Source: Chromera velia (Eukaryota). From it: 20,000 nucleotides of DNA. The notes under the pieces are model-generated. The model was not told the DNA's origin. It saw only the letters and a list, made by a program, of their open reading frames with translations, and searched no databases. The stretch covers positions 111,397 through 131,396 of the forward strand of contig JAHBMJ010000266.1 of the NCBI GenBank assembly GCA_018398765.1, in the 5' to 3' direction. Position 1 is the stretch's first letter. Every line of letters starts with the position of its first letter. Position numbers and translations under genes: made by a program. Positions 11,392-20,000 of the stretch are shown here, in pieces.

Positions 11392-12399
11392 AGACAGGAA
11401 GAGAGAAAGAAAGAGATAGAGAAGCACTCTCGACCTTCCTCCTTATGTCCGTACCCTTTGATAGCGATGCGACCATGAGAGGATACAGACCTGTCGATTG
11501 GTGGGGAGTTTACGTGTCGGCAGGTCGTCAAAACAATGGAACAAATGGAGAATGAAACGATGGAAAGAAGAAACAAAGTAGTGGCTCGGACAGCTCGTGG
11601 GTCGTTTTGTTGGTGTGTTTGTTTGTCTGTCTGTCTGCTTGTTTGGTCTCCTTCATGGATGTGTTTGTTCTCTTTTCGTCATCTGTGTGGCGATGCTGTA
11701 GGTCTCCCTCGTTATTTATTGCCTGACTGAAAGAATTGAATGGAGGATCAAAAGATTGGGGATGCATGTTTCATTCATAGCCTTTCAGCGTGGGCAGAAC
11801 AGAGCTGCGGCAGAAAAAGCAAACGAACAGATGAGGAGGAGAACATTTTCTTTCATGCATATGAGAAATGCAACCGCACGAATTCATTCACTTTGATGCA
11901 TAAGTGAATCGAAACCAACATGCCTGCACGATGCATTTCTTGATCGAAACAATCGTGGATGATGCACCAACAAAGAAGCGCAACGCCTCTCAATACAACA
12001 CATGCAAGACAGTTTAGTTGTGCATGGACCCTCTTTGACCGGGACTGTCATCAGTTTCTGTCCGAGGTGGAGAATGAATGCCTGCTGGTGGAGCAGTACA
12101 CGCGTTTGTCGTATTCAGGCGGGATTGCAGTTGCATTCTCAAAAGCCTGCATCTCCTTGCCCATGTTCACGCGTGGATGGTGTCGCACGGGCTCTATGTT
12201 TGAATCGAATTAAAAAATGCATATGAATGGCGAATAAGGTACCAACTGCATGGATGAATCGTTTTGCATGAAGCATGAACAACTAGATGAACAATAAATT
12301 TTTAAGTCGACTGACACGATGAATGATATGAATGGCGTGTATACTTGTCTTGGTGCTTACATATCGATAACAACTGATCACTGGCATAAGTATGCATGA

Positions 12400-13030
12400 G
12401 TTGCATCTCTGGCAACAATTTTTAATGAATGCACATATTTTTCCACTAAATGGAAAATGCCATGAAAATGTCTGTTTTTGTTTCTGTATCAGTTTTCAAA
12501 TTGATTTAAGATATGACTAAAAATGGTAAAATTTACAATTATAAATGGTCAAAATAATTCTGTACAAGTAGTAGCGTACCAGTAACGTTGAGTAGACGTA
12601 CTGTCTAGCTAGTGGACACTAGAGTAGACACTCTATAGCCATGCAGTCAGTACTCTTTTCATGTTTCATTTATTATTTCTAATTTTTTCAAAGAACTGAT
12701 CAAAGCTATTTATAATAATAAAATAATTCAATTAAACCAAGAGTATGAATTCACTAAGTTTAAATTCAATAGAAATTTATCTAGCTTTAGTACCCCCGAA
12801 ATTCGTTGTTTTTTCTAGTATTTTTTGAAAGTTTCAAAGTTGTATGTGTATATATGTGGGTTTATCGATCAATGACGATCATTTAACAGTCAAGGTTTTA
12901 AAAATTGGTATCGACGCATGCCATTTTGCTTCTTTTTATACATCTTTCATGGTCCGGTATACATTTGAAAATTTAAAAGCGCCTAGAAAAGCGTTTTAAA
13001 TAGATGATCCCTAGTCGTTTCTTTTACAGA
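12400..13030. other. AT-rich intergenic island between convergent gene ends
   Basis: G+C is 12/60 at 12481-12540 and 10/60 at 12661-12720, against roughly half G+C in the exons. The ORF track lists nothing here. Confidence 0.8.
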
Positions 13031-13036
13031 CATGAA

Positions 13037-14362
13037 TTACAAAGTGATCGCCAGCACTTTGACGTCTATCGACCCGTAAGGCCACATGTGACAGTCGACC
13101 GTTTCATTTGAGGAGCAAGGAAGCGCCGCGTTAGCAGCCTGAGGCGGACGGCTCTTTGCACATTCGGACGATGGGTCTTTGGCGCGGTCTTCCCTTTGAA
13201 TCCCAATCTCCGTTTTACCCTCCGGAAAAGTCTTATCGACACATAGCCCAACAAGGGGGCTCCCCAGTCGCAAGAGGCACTCAAATGGCAGATTGCACAT
13301 TTCGTCGTCAGACCCAGGCTTTGAGTCTGACGGCGTAGAAGCAGGAGAGCTTCTCTTGAGGTCTCGCATATGTGCGACTGAAAGTGTTCTACCGTCTCTG
13401 CAGCTGGACATCACCAGCAGGCCACCATGCGCACTGATAGTGCTCTTACATAAGACCCCCTTAAAGTCATCCCCCACCTCCGTGCATACGCAAAGAGAGG
13501 ACAGCTCGAAAGGCCCCCACCAGACATACGAAGCCGGGTCGACCGACTGGGAAGAATCCCCCGCACCTGAGTGATATCTGTGGAATGCAAACACACGACG
13601 AGGCGAGCCTCGTGACGAGAAGAAAGTCTCCAGCAGACCGAGAGACGAACTGTCACCGTCTGCAGGAAAGGCAAACGAAACAAGTGTCTCCTTCTTACAG
13701 ACCTTCCATGGGTGTGACCTCAAATCCGGAACATGTCGATTTGCACACGTCAGAGCAACACCCCCAAGTCCTTCGTCTACCGCCATTATCCCCCCCTCCG
13801 CGTTGCCAACTCTGGTCAGGTCGGATCCCTGGAACTTTCCTTTTAGCTCGGCAGCAACACACGAGCCGAGGGACGGACCCACAGTCCCCAGAATGGCCCC
13901 GTCGTAAATGTTCGTGAACAGAAGCCGATCCGTCCCTGTAGATGGGTGCACTTCATGCACGTCGTTGATGACTGCGAGTTCTTCGACCCTCCCCGTCTGT
14001 GTGTGCACCCTGTGGGTGTGACCAGTCCAGGGGAGACGCTGGTCGTCGTTGAAGGAGACGGCAACAAACTCGGAGGATAGAACGGTCAACGACGCATGCC
14101 TGTAAGCTCCGATGAGTCCCTTCGGAAAGGGAAGAGACCCCCCGGATAGGCGTTCCATGTCCCCCCCCCAGATCCGGGGGGCCCATCCGGAGCCGGAGGG
14201 GCCTTCCTTCTGTTCCTCACTCCAGCAAACCTACATAAAATACACATGCAAAAGCACAAATCAGCATCTCAGACTTGTAGTATACTCACCATGCCGACAA
14301 TTCGTGTATAAAAGAGTACAAAAGCAGTGGCACTGCCTTCAGGTTGACTCCATGCACACAAC

Positions 14363-14398
<36 letters not shown>

Positions 14399-14639
14399 CG
14401 ATACACACAGGCACACAACCAGCCAGCCAGCCAGACAGCCAGCCAGACAGCCAGCCAGACAGACAGACAGAGGACAGACAGACAGACAGACAGACAGCTA
14501 GACAGAGACACTATATGACAGACAGACAGACAGACAGACAGAGACAGACAGACAGAGACAGCCTGACACACAGACAGAGACAGCCTGACAGACAGATAGA
14601 CAGACAGACAGAGACAGCCTGACAGACAGACACACAGAC

Positions 14640-14700
<61 letters not shown>

Positions 14701-14891
14701 GACAGCCTGACAGACAGACACACAGACAGATAGACAGATAGACAGACAGACAGACAGACAGAGACAGACAGAGACAGACAGAGACAGACAGACAGACAGA
14801 CAGAGACAGACAGAGACAGACAGAGACAGACAGGGACAGACAGAGACAGACAGAGACAGACAGAGACAGACAGAGACAGACAGAGACAGAC

Positions 14892-14924
<33 letters not shown>

Positions 14925-14957
14925 GACAGACAGACAGACAGAGACAGACAGACAGAC

Positions 14958-14994
<37 letters not shown>

Positions 14995-15596
14995 GGACAG
15001 ACAGAGAACAGACAGACAGACAGACAGACAGACAGAGGACAGACAGACAGACACACAGACAGACAGACAGACACACAGACAGAGACAGACAGACAGACAG
15101 ACAGACAGAGACAGCCTGACAAACAGACAGAGACAGCCTGACAGACAGACAGACAGACCTCCAGATCCTCGTCCTTCCACACTTTGAACCTTGTGAGGAG
15201 ACTGGGGGAAGTGGAAGGAGGGGATGAGCGCAGAGATTTGTAGCTCGGCAGCTTCCACACACAGAAGGTGCTCATGGGTCCGTCGTTGTGTCCGACGACT
15301 TCAACCTCCTCCGTCATTTTGTCCTCCTGGACACTCAAGAGGATTAGCTCGCCGCTTTGAGGAATGACGACAGAACCGATGAGTTTCTGGTTGGATGGAA
15401 GGGAAATGCTGGACAGTGAGAGAACTGCGTAGGACCCATTTGCCTCTCGAGTTGCTGTAGAGACAGCGTCTTTCAGCAGAGAGGAGACTGCCATAAGCGT
15501 GCAAGTATCGGAGAGAGAAACGATTGAGCAGCCTCCCCGACGAATCACAAAACTGCAAATGTGTGACCAACAACTCTTCTTCAGAGATCGCCACAT
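13037..15596 (-). CDS. Putative F-box protein with an uncharacterised beta-rich C-terminal region (~543 aa)
   Basis: Exon 15596-15159 (donor GAG|gtctgt) joins in phase 0 to exon 14230-13037 (acceptor tttatgtag|). The N-terminus MWRSLKKSCWSHICSFV...SLSDTCTLMAVSSLLKDAV resembles the F-box pattern LPxExWxxIxSFL...DxxxLxxVS. An extra exon ending at 14290 is possible. The F-box call is by eye. Confidence 0.65.
14365..15158. repeat. ~0.8-kb compound (GACA)n/(GACAGACAGA)n microsatellite inside the intron of the minus-strand F-box-like gene
   Basis: Directly visible. Includes GCCA variants (~14418-14456), a run of 10-nt CAGAGACAGA units (~14801-14900) and six copies of GAGACAGCCTGACA. Confidence 0.97.
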
Positions 15597-16091
15597 TGCT
15601 CCTAGGTGTGTTTTTTGCGTTGCTCTGACTGAATTGATTGTCCGAATGAAGGTCAGTCACTACATATGGAGCCGAGCGTGCATGCACAGTCCAGCAGTTG
15701 AAAGACGGAGGGATCTGACAGAAGGCTGCGAGTCAGTAGCAAACAAGCAGACCGTTGGGCAGATACTACTAAGGGTGACCTGAAACAAACAGGGGACTTC
15801 AAGAACGGTCAGAGCTCAATCTGAGTCAATCACTGTCAGCATGCATGCGCAGCATTAATTTGTAAATTTAATCGTACATTCTTCAAAATAAGACTTCAAC
15901 AGCGCAGGCATCGCAGAGATCCTTTCCCGCACAATATGTAAATTGTTCCCGAAGTGATTCTCGGCCGAAGTGAATTGGCGGTTTTGGGGTGGTGTACGTG
16001 CAGTGCCATTTGCAATTCCAGCGTGTCCAAGATTCCCTGCGTAGCTCCTTTTCTTTCAGCCGACAGCTTGCGTTCGTGAGCGTGGAGAAGG
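15597..16091. promoter_or_regulatory. Probable bidirectional promoter/5'UTR region with TGCATG-type palindromes
   Basis: Lies between divergent ATGs at 15596 and 16092. Contains TGCATGCA at 15679-15686 and GCATGCATGC at 15839-15848. TGCATGCA is a known ApiAP2-bound motif in Apicomplexa; function here is inferred. Confidence 0.45.
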
Positions 16092-18928
16092 ATGAAAGCC
16101 AAGGATTCTGATGTTCTCAGTGTGTTGATAGCCAGCGGTTTTTTCGGGCTCCGGGGTTTCTGGAAGGTCTCCTCCGTTTCGAAAAAGGTCCTCAAGCTGC
16201 GGGATGACCCTTCGCGCTTGGGGTTTGGCAGTGTGTGCTCTGGTTTCTGCTCCACCTCCGAGAGGGAGGGCGTGTGGAAAATGATCGATCACTGTTTTGA
16301 GCAGGATGATGCCAAGGCCCTTCAACAAGTGCTTGCACTGAAGGGGCTGTCGGGGCGGTATCCAAAACTGCTCCGAAGGGTTCTCGAGAAGAAGCCGGGC
16401 TCTCTCAAGTGTGTCAAGTTTCTGATGGACAGGGAGAGTACACCCTTTTGCGTTGAGCTCTCCCTCGATATTCTGTCTAAGATGACAGCAGAACATCTGA
16501 AGTACATGATTTTCCAGAAGCGAATGCACCCCGACTGTTGGTTGGACGTACCAAACGGTCACTCTTCCGAACCGCCCTCCACGCTGTCTCCTGCTTTGAA
16601 TGTCGTGATTCAGGCTGACAGATTCGACTTGGCAGAGGTCCTGCTTGACGCAGGGGCGAGGGTAGACGTGTGCACGTGGAGTGCAGAAGAGGGGGGCGTT
16701 TTTGATCATAACTTCAGACCCCCCACTTTCTGCGGTAGTTCGCCTCTGCTCCTACTGGTGGATCGCCTTGCATTGTTGCACACCACAGAACAAGAGTTCC
16801 TCGTAAGGGGGACAGGCGAAGGAGAGGAGGGACATCGTCATGTTGTGCAACAGCGTGAGACAGGTCTCGCGTTGCTTGAACGAATGGCAAGAATGTCAAA
16901 AGAGTTGGGTTGTCTTGAGTTGCGCTGGAGTGATCGGAGAACATTTTTCGATGAGCGCACGCCCCTTGGCCGGGCATGCGTGTGCCGCGATGCAGAGGCA
17001 GTAGGGGTGTTGTTGAAAGTGCAGGAGCGGGTGGTAGGGCAAAAGGGAAAAGAAAATATCATTCTCTTGCCATTGTCAGATGAATACATTAGCATTCCAC
17101 GCAGGAGACAAACAGAGATCCTGAGAATTGAGGATTCCTCTTGTGCAGCTGCACTCGAAGTGATTCTTGCAGATCTGCAGGGGGTGCATCTCGATCGTGT
17201 GGACGAGGACGGACACACAGCTCTCTCCCTTGCGTGCTCTCTTGGAATGGAAAAGAGTGCAGAAGTGCTTCTGAAAAAGGGAGCACGGCCGTCTAGGGTG
17301 ATGGGTCTTGACGGTGACTTTGTGAGTCGCTCACCTCTTGTAGAAGCAGTGAGAGATCTTGACGGGGGGGATTTACAGTTTTTTTCACTTAAATGCAACT
17401 CAGATTCTCTGGTCTCCCTGCTGCTGCAATGGAAAGCAAACCCGAACGAGGTTGTGGAGGATTTGGGGGAGGTTTTCACGCTTCTGCAGTGGGTGTTGGG
17501 TGCAGCAGGTTACCTAGGTGGGCAGGAAAGTGATCCGGTGAGTGTTGCCAAGCTCCTCCTGCACAATGGAGCAAGCTGCTCACCCCCTTCTCCGTCTCCG
17601 TTTCCGTCTCCCACCCCGATTCTACCAGCAGCAACGCGGCCCAAGTGGAACCCCCCCTCAGTCAGCCAGGTGTCGCCACTGTTGTTAGCATGTGATCAGT
17701 ATGATGACCCTGAGCTCTTGCGCCTTCTGTGCACAAAAGGGGGTGCAGATCCCAACGCTAGTGGCCTAGGGCTGGAAAGAAAGAGGTGGTTGGAATCACC
17801 AGTGCGCGTTGTAATGGAGAAGGGGCGGATGAGGTCCTTGGAAGCTCTTGCAGACTGCGGAGCCGATCTGAATGTCGTGTGGGAGGATGGGCATTCTCCA
17901 TTGTCGTTGGCTTGTTCCCAGTCCGACGCAGAGAAAGTGCAGCTCCTCCTCGATAGGGGCGTGGCATTGATGGGAGAGGTTGAGGGGGGGCGTCTTCAGA
18001 TTCCTCTCGTGATAGCGGCTGACAGGCTCTGTACCGAGATTATGTCGATTCTGCTGGAGAGGGGAGCGGATGTGAATCGGCAGGGGTTGTTGTGGAGTGC
18101 TTGGGACGGCAGAGAGACGTTGAAATCGCCTCTGCAGGCGGCGATGGATCTGGGGGGCGGGGTTTGGAGGGACGCTGATTTTATGGGGACTTTGTTCCGT
18201 GTCGTTGAGATGCTCATTGAACATGGCGCCTGCTGCTCCCGTCCTTCGAATGCTTCGGCAGAAACCGAATCCGAATCGCAACCATCGAATGGTGTGCTTC
18301 TGTCTCCCTATCCTCCTGCGTGTGAGTTGTCTCCCTTGTCGGCAGCCTGTGAAATGCAGTCTGTGTATCTTTTGGCGCTTTTATATGAAAAGGGGGGCGC
18401 CGCGCTAGAGAGCCAGGCAGAGGTTGGCCGTGTGCTCGCGTTTCTCCTCTCTCACAGAGGGGATGCACAGAGCATGGGGCAGGAGGTCTCGCAGGAAGAG
18501 GCGAAGACCCAGACACTCTTTCAGTGGCGTCTTGCGGAGGATATCCTTCAAAAGGTGGGTGCATGGGTGAGTGCCTTGCAGGAAGTGCCTGAAAGTGGAT
18601 GAGGGCTTTTTGAGGTCTTGCTGGAGCGAAGGGATGGACCTTTCTAGACCCCTGCATGCAACTGAATCCCTCTCTAATTTCATGCCATTGGAATACATGG
18701 GGTTGTTTCTCGAAGACGGGGATGGCGATCGTGAATGCCTTTGTCGTCGTCTGCGCGCCTAGCTGATGTCAGACTGTTGTAGGGTGGCGCTGCGTGTGAA
18801 CGAAATGATCGGTTCATTAGCAGCTCATGCGCCCCTGTTCATGTTTTTTTCTTTTCCGTTCACTTCCTGCATTTATGATCTACTGCCATCCCCCCCCCCC
18901 TCTCTCCACGTGTGTGTGTGTGTGTGTT

Positions 18929-18996
<68 letters not shown>

Positions 18997-19639
18997 TACG
19001 TGCACGCGCGTGTGTCTCTGTGTCTGCGAGCAGGAAGGGGCAGAGACGGGGCTTCTGTCTGTCTACTGGAGAGGCACGGTGACTGCGACTGTTGACAACG
19101 TGATCCCTTCGTTTGGGTCTGGGTCCTGGATTTCCGACCTGATCGCTCTGGAGGAGGCGCGCGGCCCTTCTCTGTTGCGTGTGATTCGGGAAGTTCCGCT
19201 GGGGGAGTTGGAGGAGCCGCAGTTGGACCCGAGGCGTGGGCAGTCTCTGTGCTACCTTTACCCGGAGCACAGAAGGACGGGAGAGTTCTGTCCTCTGCTC
19301 GTTGCGATAAGGAGCGGGTGGGAGGAGGGAATTGAAGCATTGATGGAGAGGGGCGTTGGGGTGAGCAGGAGGAATGACCTCGGGGATTACACCACTGATG
19401 AGCGCTCTGTCCGTCTCTTCACCCCCGAGACCCCACTTTTTGCTGCTCTCGACACCGAACGGTGTGAGCTGGCACTACGTCTCATTAAAAAGGGGGGGGT
19501 CATCAAAGTGGAAGAGAAAGAGCGGTTGCTGAAGCGGGTTCAAGGGCAAACTGGCAGCAGTCAGCATCCAACTCTGTTTCTCAATGACTTGATTTATTTC
19601 ATCAAGAACACTGTACCCTCGGATGTTGCCGATCATTGA
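16092..19639 (+). CDS. Ankyrin-repeat protein with an N-terminal F-box-like motif (~1020 aa)
   Basis: The 836-aa ORF has about a dozen ankyrin-like units (e.g. [51 protein letters not shown]). A phase-0 donor at 18555 (or 18567) joins acceptor 19033 and exon 19034-19639, which adds two more units ([44 protein letters not shown]). The N-terminus [34 protein letters not shown] is F-box-like. Confidence 0.85.
18910..18996. repeat. (TG)n followed by (AG)n microsatellite in the ankyrin-gene intron
   Basis: Directly visible, shortly upstream of the predicted acceptor at 19033. Confidence 0.95.
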
Positions 19640-20000
19640 CTTTGCTCAGAACAGGCAGCAGACAGGCGTCACAGGCCTTAATATGGTGACATGGTGAGAT
19701 CTATAGCGGTGAAATGTTTCTACACTCTGCCCGGTCAATGTATTTTTAGACTCTGTATATAACCGAGATGTTTGCTAGACTATAAGAACGAATATCTAGC
19801 TACACACGAAGACAGAAATAAAGACTCACGATGAAATCGATCCGTAGGTCCTTATTCCAGAGAAAGTCGTATCTGAGTGGCCAGCAGAGAGCCACTCCCA
19901 GAGGAAAAAACGTTCAATTCTAGCAATCGATCAAGACGAAACAATGAGAAATTTTGTGAGTCAAAAATGCATGCGAGAGGAGACGCCTGACGGAGTCCCT

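Noticed and set aside
14269..15262. Long VCLS-repeat and RQTD-repeat ORFs
   Set aside because: They are translations of the (GACA)n intronic microsatellite; a splice donor sits at the repeat edge.
15301..15687. Alternative-frame minus ORF as the true 5' exon
   Set aside because: It stops at 15301. The frame from ATG 15596 carries the F-box-like motif and reaches the donor in phase.
16056..18698. Minus-strand ORFs overlapping the ankyrin gene
   Set aside because: Antisense shadows with no recognisable motifs.
18571..18762. Frameshifted continuation of the ankyrin ORF ([11 protein letters not shown]...)
   Set aside because: Two good phase-0 donors (18555, 18567) lead to a clearly ankyrin-coding exon at 19034, so this stretch is more simply intronic. 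Not fully excluded.

Overview
Eukaryotic, intron-rich genomic DNA with GT-AG introns, microsatellite-filled introns and frequent TGCATG words. The style suggests an alveolate, probably the chromerid Chromera velia; this is inference, not a database match. Most ORFs in the supplied track are antisense or repeat shadows. Manual splicing gives four or five genes. (1) A minus-strand gene from ~4.5 kb running off the left edge: several small exons, then a >3.1-kb stop-free low-complexity exon. (2) A plus-strand WD40 gene from ATG 5211, possibly WDR18/Ipi3-like. (3) Its phase-compatible continuation or neighbour (8544-11391), carrying two intron-split copies of a 25-aa motif W[ND]DRFxLxxSRxNxLxHPxxREYFD. 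(4) A minus-strand gene (15596-13037) with an N-terminal F-box-like motif and a (GACA)n-filled intron. (5) A plus-strand F-box-like plus ankyrin-repeat gene (16092-19639). Genes 4 and 5 are head-to-head, with start codons ~0.5 kb apart. I found no RNA genes, CRISPR arrays or recognisable transposase/RT ORFs. The best leads are the hidden duplicated motif and the divergent F-box pair; neither is established as a new system.
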